A DNA stretch of 64,000 nt from Chloroflexota bacterium (GCA_963663275.1 OY760183.1:2912001-2976000), one strand, 5' to 3'. Counted from the stretch's first letter, positions 1 to 9,443 are shown. The notes: generated from the sequence alone by a model not told the origin. Translations and numbers: made by a program.

Positions 1-2
1 AC

Positions 3-653
3 CAGATCAATACGCTCTTCTGGCCGGCGGCCATTGCCGGTTTCGTCGGCGGGCGGCTCTACTACGTTTTGCAGCAGCCGCTCAGCCCCTATCTCCAGCA
101 GCCCTGGCGCATCATCGCTACCTGGGAAGGCGGCATGGCGTTCTACGGCTGCATCTTTGGCGTGGTGATCGCGCTGCTGGTAACGTGCTGGCGCACCAAG
201 ATCGCGCTCTGGCCGGTGCTGGACGCCGCGGCGCTGCTCGCGCTGCCCGCACAGGGCGTTGGCCGCATCGGCAACATCATCAACGGCGACGTCATCGGCT
301 ATCCGGCTGAACTGCCCTGGGCGTTCCTCTACACCCATCCCGCCACGTTCGCGCCCAGCACCACCGTCGCCTACCATCCCGCGGCCGTCTACGAATTGCT
401 GGGCAACGCCGTAATCTTTGCCATACTGTGGCCGTTGCGGCATCGACTGCGCGTGCCCGGGATGGTGTTCGCCCTCTATCTGGTTGGCTATTCCGTCGCG
501 CAGATCATCATCTTCAACTGGCGGCTGAACGAAGTCGTGCTGTGGGAACTGAAACAGGCGCAGGTAACCGGCATTCTGGTCGCGGCCGCCGGTATCTTGC
601 TCGCGATCTGGCTGCGACGGGAACATCGGGATAGCAACGCGCAGACCGCTTAA
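3..653 (+). CDS. lgt: Prolipoprotein diacylglyceryl transferase (5'-partial)
   Basis: Frame is open from the window edge. Motifs GGRLYYV, WEGGMAFYG, QGVGRIGNIING, HPAAVYE. The catalytic HG motif reads YG here. Confidence 0.9.
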   Translation, partial: QINTLFWPAAIAGFVGGRLYYVLQQPLSPYLQQPWRIIATWEGGMAFYGCIFGVVIALLVTCWRTKIALWPVLDAAALLALPAQGVGRIGNIINGDVIGYPAELPWAFLYTHPATFAPSTTVAYHPAAVYELLGNAVIFAILWPLRHRLRVPGMVFALYLVGYSVAQIIIFNWRLNEVVLWELKQAQVTGILVAAAGILLAIWLRREHRDSNAQTA

Positions 654-691
654 TTCTGGCCGCCGGCCAGGGAGGAGCTTTAGCCCCAAAC

Positions 692-2236
692 ATGTCCGGA
701 ACATCTCGCCTTCTTCTCATTCTCATCGTCTTCGTGGGCGGCATTTCGAGTCTGGGCACGGAGATTGCCGTTTCCCGTCTGATCGCGCCCTTCTTCGGCA
801 CCTCGCTCTTCGTCTGGGCGAACGTCATCGGCTTTACGCTCTTGTACCTGACGTTGGGATACTACCTGGGCGGACGTATCGCGGACCGCTATCCGCGCCA
901 GGAGGTGCTCTACCAGTTGACATTGGTAGCGGCGGTGCTGATCGCGTTGCTGCCGTTCGTGTCGCGGCCCATCCTGCAATACTCCCAGGTGGCCTTTGCC
1001 ACGTACTCGCTCGGCGTCTTCTGGGGCTCGCTCCTGGTCGTTCTGCTGCTGTTGGCGATACCCATTACGCTGCTTGGCTGTGTCTCGCCGTACGCGATTC
1101 GCCTGTCGCTGGAAGACGGGGACGTGAAGCAATCGGGCAGCGTAGCCGGCCAACTCTACGCCATTTCAACGGTAGGCAGCCTGCTGGGCGCTTTTCTGCC
1201 CACGCTGGTGCTGATTCCCAATATCGGCACGCGCAACACGTTTCTCGTGTTTGCCTTTGCGCTGCTCCTCATTTCCATAGTCGCGCTCGGCAGGCGCAAG
1301 CTCTTCATGGCGGTGTTCCTGCTGGTTCCGCTCGGCCTGCTATTCTTGCCGCAAGTGACGATAAAGCCCGCGGAAGAGGGCGTTATCATCGAAGAAGCCG
1401 AGTCCGCGTACAACTACATCCGCGTGCTCGAGGATGAGAACGGCACGCGCCACCTGGAACTGAACGAAGGCCAGGCGACGCACTCCATCTACCACCCGGA
1501 GCGGCTGCTTACGGGCGGGCCCTGGGACTATTACCTGGTCGCCCCGTACTTTGCCCCCGGCGTCGAGCCGGCCGACTTGCAGCGCGTGCTCATGATTGGG
1601 TTGGGCGCGGGCACGGTGCCCAAGCAAATGACCCAGATCTACGGGCCGATTGAGATCGTGGGCGTGGAAATCGACCCCAGAATCGTCGATATCGGCCGCC
1701 AGTACTTCGACATGACGGAACCCAACCTCGAAGTGGTGGCGCAGGACGGCCGCTACTTCCTGATGACGGACGACCGCCAGTATGACTTGATCGGCACCGA
1801 CGCCTACCAGCAGCCGTACATACCGTTTCAAATGACGACGCGGGAGTACTTCGAACACGTGCGCGAGCGCCTGACGCCCAACGGCGTGGCGGTGATCAAC
1901 GTGGGGCGCACCTCAACGGACTTTCGCCTGGTGCACACCATTGCCGGCACGATGAAGTCGGTGTTTCCAAACGTCTACATCATAGACATCCCCGGCACCA
2001 TCAATAGCATCGTGGTCGCCACCAACCAGGCGAGCACGCCGCAGGACTACCTGGACAACGTGCAACCCCTGCTGGGCAGCCAGGACGTCGACGACCGCCT
2101 GCGCGTAGTGCTCGCCACGGCCGCGGACCACTACCGCGAACTCACCACCGTGGAGACCCAGACCTTTACCGACGACCTGGCGCCGGTGGAGCAGTTGATT
2201 CACACGATGATCCTGGACATTGCGCAAGGGCAATAG
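692..2236 (+). CDS. Fused membrane domain / spermidine synthase-like SAM-dependent protein
   Basis: About 7 N-terminal TM helices, then the SAM-binding motifs VLMIGLGAG, GVEIDP, DGRYFL and DLIGTDAY. Confidence 0.85.
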   Translation: MSGTSRLLLILIVFVGGISSLGTEIAVSRLIAPFFGTSLFVWANVIGFTLLYLTLGYYLGGRIADRYPRQEVLYQLTLVAAVLIALLPFVSRPILQYSQVAFATYSLGVFWGSLLVVLLLLAIPITLLGCVSPYAIRLSLEDGDVKQSGSVAGQLYAISTVGSLLGAFLPTLVLIPNIGTRNTFLVFAFALLLISIVALGRRKLFMAVFLLVPLGLLFLPQVTIKPAEEGVIIEEAESAYNYIRVLEDENGTRHLELNEGQATHSIYHPERLLTGGPWDYYLVAPYFAPGVEPADLQRVLMIGLGAGTVPKQMTQIYGPIEIVGVEIDPRIVDIGRQYFDMTEPNLEVVAQDGRYFLMTDDRQYDLIGTDAYQQPYIPFQMTTREYFEHVRERLTPNGVAVINVGRTSTDFRLVHTIAGTMKSVFPNVYIIDIPGTINSIVVATNQASTPQDYLDNVQPLLGSQDVDDRLRVVLATAADHYRELTTVETQTFTDDLAPVEQLIHTMILDIAQGQ

Positions 2237-2315
2237 ACCCGCGCCGCCGCGTCCGGCCGGCCCGCGCGCTGTCGTTGGATGCGTCTCCCCGAGGCCGGTC
2301 GCCGCCCCGGAAATA

Positions 2316-2359
2316 CAAGAAGCGGCCTGACTTCCCAGTGGAAGACAGGCCGCTTCTTG
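2316..2359. terminator. Probable bidirectional intrinsic terminator
   Basis: Long inverted repeat caagaagcggcctg...caggccgcttcttg between convergent genes. Confidence 0.7.
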
Positions 2360-2397
2360 CTTTGACCGTTTTGACGAATCCGATGCAGGATGCCCTG

Positions 2398-2733
2398 TCA
2401 GGCTGTCTGCAGCAGGTCGGCTTCGATTGCCTTCAGCAGGTGCGCCTTGGGCCGGAAGCCCACCACGCGCCCAACCTCCTGGCCGTCACGGAAGAAGATG
2501 AGCGTCGGGATGCCCTGCACGCCCAGGCGCGTGGGCGTTTCCAGGTTGTCGTCGGTGTTGAGTTTGGCAAAGACCACCTTGCCGTCGAGTTCGCTGGCAA
2601 GCTCTTTGACAATCGGCTCTACCATCTTGCAGGGTCCGCACCAGGATGCCCAAAAGTCGACGACGACAGGAAGAGAAGCCTCAGTCACGTCTTTGGTGAA
2701 GCTACTATCGGTTACCGTAATCGGTTCAGCCAT
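2398..2733 (-). CDS. trxA: Thioredoxin
   Basis: VVDFWASWCGPCK active site and GIPTL cis-Pro loop; start taken at MAEP. Confidence 0.95.
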   Translation of the reverse strand: MAEPITVTDSSFTKDVTEASLPVVVDFWASWCGPCKMVEPIVKELASELDGKVVFAKLNTDDNLETPTRLGVQGIPTLIFFRDGQEVGRVVGFRPKAHLLKAIEADLLQTA

Positions 2734-3131
2734 TTCATCCCCTTTCAAGCCAAGCCGCTAGTCCTCCGTCATGCGTACACTGTTCACTATGACAGAGATT
2801 CAGGCGAATTTCAACCGGAAAGGGGCGCCCGTAAGCATTCCCCTCCCGCCCGCCCGCCTGCTAACCTGCAACGCCGGCCACAGTGGGCCATTGCGGCTTT
2901 ATGTAGCCCCGCGCGTGGGAAGGCTTGCCTGCTCCGGGGAATTCCTCCACTTTTTTCCCGGAAGATTCCCGCGGTTTCAGGCGGCAAGAATCGCCTGAAA
3001 GGCAAGCGAGACCCAGTATCGGCGCGGTTGAGACCGGCGCAATGGGGCGCTTGCTTGCGCCTAACTCGTTTGCTACGATGATTCAGGCTTGGTCGAAGCC
3101 TGCGAAACCACAGCACGTTCATCCCAACATT

Positions 3132-4541
3132 ATGTCTATCGTGGAACCGCGAACGCTTTGGCAAACGGTCCTGGGCGAGCTTGAACTAGAAGTGCCCCGG
3201 GGTCAGTTTGCCGCGTGGCTGAGAAGCACCCACCTCATCGACGCCACCAATTCTCCCATCAGAGTTGGCGTGCCCAACACCTTTGCCAAAGAGGTGGTGG
3301 AGCGCAACTACCACGCCCAGGTGCAGCAGGCGCTGGCGCGCTTGTGCGAGCGGGAAGTCTCTGTCGTCTACGAGGTCAGCGCGGCCGCTCAGGAAGAGTC
3401 CCGCCAGAGCCCCACTGCCGCCCGCGCCCCATCGCCGGCCGCGTCTGCGGGGCAAGTGCCCGCCGCCGCGCCCCCACTGCAGCAGACCCGCCTGCCACGC
3501 CAGGCCGTAACCCACAGCCAGCTAAACGAAAAGTTCACCTTCGATCGGTTTGTGGTCGGCGCGGGCAATCGCCTAGCCGCCGCCGCCGCCCAGGCGGTGG
3601 CGGAACGCCCCGCGGAGGCGTACAACCCGCTCTTCATCTACGGCGGCGTGGGCCTGGGCAAGACGCACCTGCTCCATGCCATCAGCCACCACGTGCTGCA
3701 CGCGGAACCCGACCGGCACATCGTCTACGTCACCTGCGAGCAGTTCACCAACGAGTTCATCCGCGCCATCCGGGAGAAGCGCGTTGATGCGTTCCGCGAC
3801 CGCTACCGCAGCGCCGACATCATCCTCATCGACGACGTGCAGTTCCTCACCGGCAAAGAGCAGACCCAGGAAGAGTTCTTCCACACCTTCAACGCCTACC
3901 ACGAGATTGGCAAGCAGATCGTCCTTTCCAGCGACCGGCCGCCCAAGAGCATCGAGACGCTGACGGACCGATTGCGCAGCCGCTTCGTGTGGGGCCTGAT
4001 CGCCGACATCCAGCCGCCGGACCTGGAGACGCGCATCGCGATCCTGAGCAAGCAGGCCGATGAGATGTGCATGGCGGTTTCAAACGAAGTCCTGGAGTTC
4101 CTGGCAACGCACCTCGTCAGCAACATCCGGGAGTTGGAAGGGGCGCTGACCCGCGTGATGGCGTTCGCGAAGCTGAACGAGCAGGAGCCTACGCAAGAAC
4201 TGGCGATGGAAGTGCTCGACGGCCTGCTCTTCAACGTGCGCAAGGACGCCTTTACGCCGGAGCAAATCCTCGACGCCGTGGCGACGCACTATCGCGTGAG
4301 GGTGGCCGACCTGCTGGGTCCCACACGGGAGAAGATCATCGCGCGCCCGCGCCAGATCGCGATGTATCTCCTGCGCAAAGAGACGCAACTCTCCCAGCCG
4401 GAAATCGGCAGGATTCTTGGCGGACGCGACCACTCCACCGTCAAGTACGGCTGCGACAAGATCGGCAAGGCCCTTGAGCATGACGCCGCGCTCCAGCAGG
4501 AGGTGGCGAACGTGTGGCATATCCTGCAACCGGCCCAGTAG
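3132..4541 (+). CDS. dnaA: Chromosomal replication initiator DnaA
   Basis: [43 protein letters not shown] and domain IV RQIAMYL...GGRDHSTV. Start at ATG 3132 is inferred. Confidence 0.96.
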   Translation: MSIVEPRTLWQTVLGELELEVPRGQFAAWLRSTHLIDATNSPIRVGVPNTFAKEVVERNYHAQVQQALARLCEREVSVVYEVSAAAQEESRQSPTAARAPSPAASAGQVPAAAPPLQQTRLPRQAVTHSQLNEKFTFDRFVVGAGNRLAAAAAQAVAERPAEAYNPLFIYGGVGLGKTHLLHAISHHVLHAEPDRHIVYVTCEQFTNEFIRAIREKRVDAFRDRYRSADIILIDDVQFLTGKEQTQEEFFHTFNAYHEIGKQIVLSSDRPPKSIETLTDRLRSRFVWGLIADIQPPDLETRIAILSKQADEMCMAVSNEVLEFLATHLVSNIRELEGALTRVMAFAKLNEQEPTQELAMEVLDGLLFNVRKDAFTPEQILDAVATHYRVRVADLLGPTREKIIARPRQIAMYLLRKETQLSQPEIGRILGGRDHSTVKYGCDKIGKALEHDAALQQEVANVWHILQPAQ

Positions 4542-4687
4542 AAGGGACGTCGGCTGCGCGACGGCGGGCGCGGCCGCCGTTGGGTTGGCCCCGCTGGGGT
4601 GAGAAGGCACTCGAGCATCCGGGTGGACGCGCCGGCTCGCGCTTCGACAATAGGCCAAACTCCGGTCAGGCGTCCTTAGCAGGAGTG

Positions 4688-4882
4688 CTTCGACAGGCTC
4701 AGCACGAACGGACTCTTGGCCCTTTCGCTCGCCGCTTTGACTGGCTCGGCACGAACGGACTGTTGGGGCATTCGTTCGCCGCTGCGACTGGCTCAGCGCG
4801 AACGGACTGTTGGGGCATTCGTCCGCCGCTGCGACTGGCTCAGCGCGAACGGATTCAGCGCCCTTTCGTTCGCCGCTTCGAC
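4688..4882 (+). repeat. Tandem array of four 47-bp units built on a REP-like motif (cttcgacaggctcagcacgaacgg)
   Basis: Units start at 4688, 4735, 4782 and 4829. The same motif occurs inside the MITEs at 29149 and 49539. Confidence 0.85.
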
Positions 4883-4985
4883 CGCATCCCAGCGTACATG
4901 CGCCCAATTCTTGGCGCGTCTTCCACGAGGCTGCATGAGGGCGCCGCGACTGAATCATACGCAGCATACCGCCAGGGAGAGTACG

Positions 4986-5609
4986 TTGACCCCAGAGGAG
5001 TTGCCCTACCTGGTGCTGGCCACCGGGAATCCCGGCAAAGTGGAGGAGTTGCGGGACCTGTTGCGGGACCTGCCGCTGGCGCCGGTCACGGCTGCCGACC
5101 TCGGCCTGGCGCTGCCGCCGGATGAGCCGTACGCCACGTTTCGGGAAAACGCCGCGCACAAGGCGCTCCACGTGGCGCGGCAGACCCCTCATCTCGTGCT
5201 CGGCGAGGATTCCGGGCTGGAGGTCGACGCGCTCGGCGGCAATCCCGGGGTCCGCTCCAAACGCTACGCCGGCCCCCAGGGCGACGATCAGGCCAACAAC
5301 CGCAAACTGCTTAGTGAACTTGCGGGAGTCCCGTGGCCGCAGCGAGCGGCGCGTTTTCGCTGCCTGCTGGCGTTGGCGCGGGACGGCGCCGTGCTCTTTT
5401 CCGCCAGCGGCGTCTGCAAGGGCTTCATTGCCCGTCAGCCCCGCGGCGAGGGCGGCTTCGGCTATGATCCACTCTTCTACGTGCCTGAAAAGCACAAAAC
5501 CCTGGCGGAACTCTCCGCCGGCGCCAAGAACCGCATCAGCCACCGCGCCCACGCCCTCCAGCAAGCGCGCATCTTCTTGCGAGAGTATACAATGGACTGC
5601 GATAGGTAA
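4986..5609 (+). CDS. rdgB: Non-canonical purine NTP pyrophosphatase (HAM1/RdgB)
   Basis: LATGNPGK, EDSGLEVDAL, PGVRSKRY, GFGYDPLF and KNRISHR; TTG start after a purine-rich RBS. Confidence 0.93.
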   Translation: MTPEELPYLVLATGNPGKVEELRDLLRDLPLAPVTAADLGLALPPDEPYATFRENAAHKALHVARQTPHLVLGEDSGLEVDALGGNPGVRSKRYAGPQGDDQANNRKLLSELAGVPWPQRAARFRCLLALARDGAVLFSASGVCKGFIARQPRGEGGFGYDPLFYVPEKHKTLAELSAGAKNRISHRAHALQQARIFLREYTMDCDR

Positions 5610-5809
5610 CGTAGGTCTCCAACCCGCGCCGCTGACCTTGTAACGTCCGGTAGCATAGGTTTCCAACCTGCGCCGCTAACCTCGCAACGTCCGGCAGCGT
5701 AGGCCTCCAACCCGCGCCGCCGCCCTTGAAATGTCCGGTACCGTAGGTTAGTAACCTGCGCTTCCACTGTTGCAACGTCCGGTAGCGTAGGTTTCCAATC
5801 TGCGCCGCC
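5605..5809 (+). repeat. Degenerate tandem array of about five ~44-bp units derived from the REP ggtagcgcaggtttgtaacctgcg
   Basis: Units of the form ggta(g/a)cgtaggt..ccaacc.gcgc...aacgtcc. The first unit supplies the rdgB stop codon. Confidence 0.8.
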
Positions 5810-5860
5810 GTTGCCGATGCGTCAACCGCATACGCACAACCTTGAGCGAGAGGAAATCCA

Positions 5861-6964
5861 ATGCCTGGAGAACTGGAAGTCAAGCACGACCGCATTGCGC
5901 GGTTCCTCACCGAGCGCAATCTCGATGCCCTGGTCTTAGGGCGGCTGGCGAACTTTGCCTGGGCCACCGGCGGGCGCGACGGCTTCATCATGATCGCCAC
6001 CGAGCACGCCGCCGGCCACCTCATCTTCACCCACGACGAAAAGGCGCTCGTAGCGGACCGGATCGAGATGCCGCGCCTCCAGGATGAAGAGGGGCTTACG
6101 CCGCCGGAGTGGACGCCCATCGCGCCCTACTGGCACGCGGACCGCGCCCAAGTGGTCTCCTGGAACACGGCGGGCCGCAGCCGCCGCACCGGCGCCGACT
6201 GCGACGTGCCCGGCGCGCACAAGCTCACCGGCGACATCGCGCGGCTGCGCTACCAACTCCTGCCCGAAGAGATGGAACGCTATCGCGCCCTGGGACGGGC
6301 GGCCGCTACGGCGCTGGAGGAAGCCGCCCACGAGATTGCCCCCGGCATGACCGAGCACGCCGTCGCCGGCGTCATCGCCGCGAAAGCCATCCCCCACGGC
6401 ATCCAGGCGGCGCTGACGCTGGTGGCCACGGACGCGCGCATCTTCCGCTACCGGCATCCCATTCCCACCGCCAAGCGGCTGGACAACTACGCCATGCTGG
6501 TGCTTTGCGCGCGCCGGCACGGCCTCATCTGCTCGGTGACGCGGTTCGTCCACTTTGGCGAGATACCGGCTGAGATTCGGGAGAAATCGGCGGCCTGCGC
6601 GCGGGTGGACGCGGCGTTCATCCTCGGTTCCGTGCCGGGCCGACCGGCCCGCGACGTCTTCAGCGAAGCCGTTGCCGAATACGCCAGCGCCGGTTACCCG
6701 GACGAGTGGCTCTTCCATCACCAGGGCGGCGCGTGCGGGTACGAGTCCCGCGACTACAAGGCCTCGCCCGTGAGCCAGGAAGTGGTGCAGGCCAACCAGG
6801 CTTTCGCGTGGAATCCGAGCATCGCCGGCGTGAAGAGCGAGGATACGACCCTGGTAACCGAGAATGGCATCGAGGTGCTCACCGCCGCTTCGAGCGATTG
6901 GCCGATGCACGTCGTAGAGTGGCAAGGCAAGACCATCGAGCGGCCCGCCATTCTGCAACGCTAG
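5861..6964 (+). CDS. M24 (pita-bread fold) peptidase/creatinase-like protein
   Basis: IAPGMTE, SVTR, HHQGG, WNPS and KSEDT positions match the M24 fold. Confidence 0.8.
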   Translation: MPGELEVKHDRIARFLTERNLDALVLGRLANFAWATGGRDGFIMIATEHAAGHLIFTHDEKALVADRIEMPRLQDEEGLTPPEWTPIAPYWHADRAQVVSWNTAGRSRRTGADCDVPGAHKLTGDIARLRYQLLPEEMERYRALGRAAATALEEAAHEIAPGMTEHAVAGVIAAKAIPHGIQAALTLVATDARIFRYRHPIPTAKRLDNYAMLVLCARRHGLICSVTRFVHFGEIPAEIREKSAACARVDAAFILGSVPGRPARDVFSEAVAEYASAGYPDEWLFHHQGGACGYESRDYKASPVSQEVVQANQAFAWNPSIAGVKSEDTTLVTENGIEVLTAASSDWPMHVVEWQGKTIERPAILQR

Positions 6965-7037
6965 GGCGCGGTCAGCGTCACTCTGCCCAGTTGATTCACC
7001 CTCACCCTCTCCCTGAGGAGACCTTTGCATAACTCTG

Positions 7038-8048
7038 TCATTCCGGCGAAAGCCGGAAGGTGGATTCACATTTCAAGTGCAACACCTGGTTGATGAATAC
7101 TTCGGCTGGCGTTTGGAAGTCAAGACACTTGCGCGGGGTGTGGTTGTAGGCGTGGACCAGTTGCGCAAAGCGTTGTTGGCTCACCTGTGCCAGGTCGGTC
7201 TTGCGCGGCAGCCGGCGCCGCAGGCGGCCGATGGCGTTCTCGATGCCCCCTTTCTGCCAGGGCGAGTGGGTATCGCAGAAGAAGGTTTGGATGCCCAAGT
7301 CATGGAGGCGGTAATGCTGTGCGAACTCCGTGCCATTGTCGAACGTGACGGTCTGGCTGCACGCTGGGGGCAGCGCGGCGAACAGGTCGTGCAGGATAGT
7401 GGCGATCGGCGCTGCCGCCTTGCCGGGCGGTCGCGCGGCCAGCAACAGGCGCGAGTGGCGCTCGTGCAGGGTCAAGACTGCTTGACCGTAGGTGCGAAAG
7501 AGCATCAGGTCCGCCTCCCAGTGGCCGGGCGTTTGGCGGTCTGCCGCCGCCTGGGGCCGTTCTGCCAGCGGTCGGCGCTGGGCAATGAACGAGGCCGGAC
7601 TGCCGCCCTTTCGCCCGCGCCAGCCCCGTTTGGACTTGGCGCGCGGCAGGTAATGCCGCCAGTTACCGTCCTTCGTGCGCGCCTGCTGCCCGTAGATGAA
7701 GCGATAGATGGTCTCGTGAGAGACGACCGGCGCGCCGTTCTCCCGCGCCAAACGTCCGGATACCTGCTCCGGCGACCAACAATCCCGCAAGTATCCCAAC
7801 ACCACCTCCCGCAACTCGGCATCCCGCTCCAGCTTGCTGCCGCGCCAGCACCGCGCCCACGCCTGATCATCGGCATACTTTGGCTCATAGCCTGCCGATT
7901 GCGATCCATTTCGTTTCACCTCCCGCGAAATCGTCGATGGCGCGCGACCCAGAGTTGCAGCGATTTGCCGGTGCGAGGTTCTCGCGGTGAGAAGTCGGGC
8001 AATTTCACACCGCTCTTCAATGGTAAGTTGTGTGTATTGTTTTCCCAT
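7038..8048 (-). CDS. IS30-family DDE transposase
   Basis: HTH (IAATLGRAPSTISREVKRN), WSPEQVSG, SHETIY, GHWEADL, TFDNGTEF, SPWQKGGIEN and PRKCL. The stop codon lies outside the IS. Confidence 0.96.
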   Translation of the reverse strand: MGKQYTQLTIEERCEIARLLTARTSHRQIAATLGRAPSTISREVKRNGSQSAGYEPKYADDQAWARCWRGSKLERDAELREVVLGYLRDCWSPEQVSGRLARENGAPVVSHETIYRFIYGQQARTKDGNWRHYLPRAKSKRGWRGRKGGSPASFIAQRRPLAERPQAAADRQTPGHWEADLMLFRTYGQAVLTLHERHSRLLLAARPPGKAAAPIATILHDLFAALPPACSQTVTFDNGTEFAQHYRLHDLGIQTFFCDTHSPWQKGGIENAIGRLRRRLPRKTDLAQVSQQRFAQLVHAYNHTPRKCLDFQTPAEVFINQVLHLKCESTFRLSPE

Positions 8049-8092
8049 GGCAACACCTTAGCAAAGTGTTGCACTTCGTTTGTGAGTCTAGG
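7059..8092 (-). mobile_element. IS30-family insertion sequence (1034 bp)
   Basis: Imperfect 26-bp TIRs with an aagtgcaaca core; GAA direct repeat at 7056-7058 and 8093-8095. Confidence 0.92.
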
Positions 8093-8227
8093 GAATCCAG
8101 ACCGCATTTACAACTAAAAATAGCTTGTTTTCAATCCTTTGCACCCCCATCCCAACCTTCCCCCTCAATGGGGAAGGGGTTATGCAAAGGTCTCCTGGGG
8201 GAGAGGGGACAGGATCGGAAGCTGGGT

Positions 8228-8308
8228 GTTTGTCGGGAATTGGGCATTTGTTGGGACTTTAGTATTTGTCGGATTTTGGGTGTCATTTGGGAATTGGGTA
8301 TTTCTTGG
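8228..8308 (+). repeat. G/T-rich degenerate ~18-bp tandem repeat (atttgtcgggaattgggc-like)
   Basis: About 4 units with strong strand asymmetry, upstream of the CPBP gene. Confidence 0.55.
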
Positions 8309-8353
8309 ATTAGGTTGACGCAGGATGTTGACACAGCACTAGGAATAGAACTC

Positions 8354-9280
8354 ATGCGGCCAAGCGGGCTTGACGCTCAGCAGACGGCGGCGGGAGGTCA
8401 CCCGCCTGCATTGGAGTGGCGCGGCATCGGCGTCTTTCTTGGTTGCGCCTTCGGCCTGACCTGGGGCGTGTGGGCCGTGGTCTACCTGTTGGGCGGTATG
8501 GAGAACCTGCCGGTGTTCACCGCCGGCTCTCTGCTGGCGATGTGGTGCCCCGGTATCGCCGCGCTCGTCTGCGTCCGCTTTATCACGCCGCTGCCCCTTC
8601 GCGGCCTCGGTTTGCGCTGGGGCAGCCTGGAGCGTTACGCCAGCATCTACTTCTTCGTCATTCTCTATCTGGCGGGGGCAATGGCGCTCAGCGTCGCGCT
8701 GGGCCTCCAAGCGGTCAACGCCACACTGGAACCGCTGCGCAGCGAACTTGCCGACCAACCGTATCCCTTCAATGACCCCATCCTCGTAACGTTCGTCACC
8801 ATCATTGGCAGCTTTACGCTGGCGGCGCTCTTCAACAGCCTCTTTGCGCTCGGCGAGGAACTCGGCTGGCGCGGGTACCTGCTGCTCAAGCTGGCGCCGC
8901 TGGGCATCCCGCGCGCCAGCCTGCTCATCGGCCTCATCTGGGGCGTGTGGCACGCGCCGGCCATCTTCATGGGCTACAACTATCCCGGCCAGCCGTTGGC
9001 GGGCGCGGTCTTCATGGTCTGGTTCACGCTTGGGTGGAGCGTCATCTTCACATGGCTGCGCCAGGTAACGCGCAGCGTGCTGGCCGCCGCCTTCGGCCAC
9101 GGCCTGCTCAACGCCGTCGCCGGACTGCCGCTGCTTCTCTTGCAGGACACCAACTCGCTCATCCGCGCGCCGCTTGGCGTCACCGGTCTCGTGCCGCTCA
9201 CGCTGCTTGCGCTGTTCGCCTTCTGGCTGCTGCTGCGGCGCGAGCGCGCAAGCGGCGGCGCCCCGGCGGAACCTGGCTAA
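8354..9280 (+). CDS. CPBP/CAAX (Abi) family intramembrane metalloprotease
   Basis: GEELGWRGYL, IWGVWHAP and HGLLN motifs; multiple TM helices. Confidence 0.9.
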   Translation: MRPSGLDAQQTAAGGHPPALEWRGIGVFLGCAFGLTWGVWAVVYLLGGMENLPVFTAGSLLAMWCPGIAALVCVRFITPLPLRGLGLRWGSLERYASIYFFVILYLAGAMALSVALGLQAVNATLEPLRSELADQPYPFNDPILVTFVTIIGSFTLAALFNSLFALGEELGWRGYLLLKLAPLGIPRASLLIGLIWGVWHAPAIFMGYNYPGQPLAGAVFMVWFTLGWSVIFTWLRQVTRSVLAAAFGHGLLNAVAGLPLLLLQDTNSLIRAPLGVTGLVPLTLLALFAFWLLLRRERASGGAPAEPG

Positions 9281-9281
9281 G

Positions 9282-9443
9282 GAGACCTTTGCATGACTCC
9301 GTCATTCCGAACGGAGCGCAAAGGAGTGAGGAATCTAATGCACGGCCCTGCAAATCAGCGTCACTAGAATCCTCGCTGCGCTCGGAATGACATTTGCACA
9401 CCCCTGTCTGCCCTCGTTGGGGAAGGGGTCAAGCAATGGTACC
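9282..9443 (+). mobile_element. Deleted composite derivative of the 140-bp and 166-bp MITEs
   Basis: Left TIR gagacctttgcat joins at gtcattccg directly to the interior of the 166-bp element, followed by acccctgtctgccc and a degenerate right end. Confidence 0.7.

Larger units (their letters stand above)
7018..8194 (+). mobile_element. 140-bp MITE (TIR GAGACCTTTGCATAAC) interrupted by IS30
   Basis: Ends gagacctttgcataac and gttatgcaaaggtctc. Removing the IS and a 3-bp duplication gives 140 bp, collinear with the intact copy at 47343-47482. Confidence 0.9.

Noticed and set aside
2925-3131. N-terminal extensions in the ORF track (dnaA, rdgB, CPBP, moeA, pyrD, SDR 34113-35507)
   Set aside because: They run through intergenic or repeat DNA or other genes; homology starts at the downstream start codons used here.
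4688-4882. Possible CRISPR array
   Set aside because: The inter-repeat segments are short and similar to each other, the repeat is a dispersed REP, and no cas genes are present.
5605-5809. Possible CRISPR array
   Set aside because: The whole ~44-bp unit is degenerately repeated, so there are no unique spacers.
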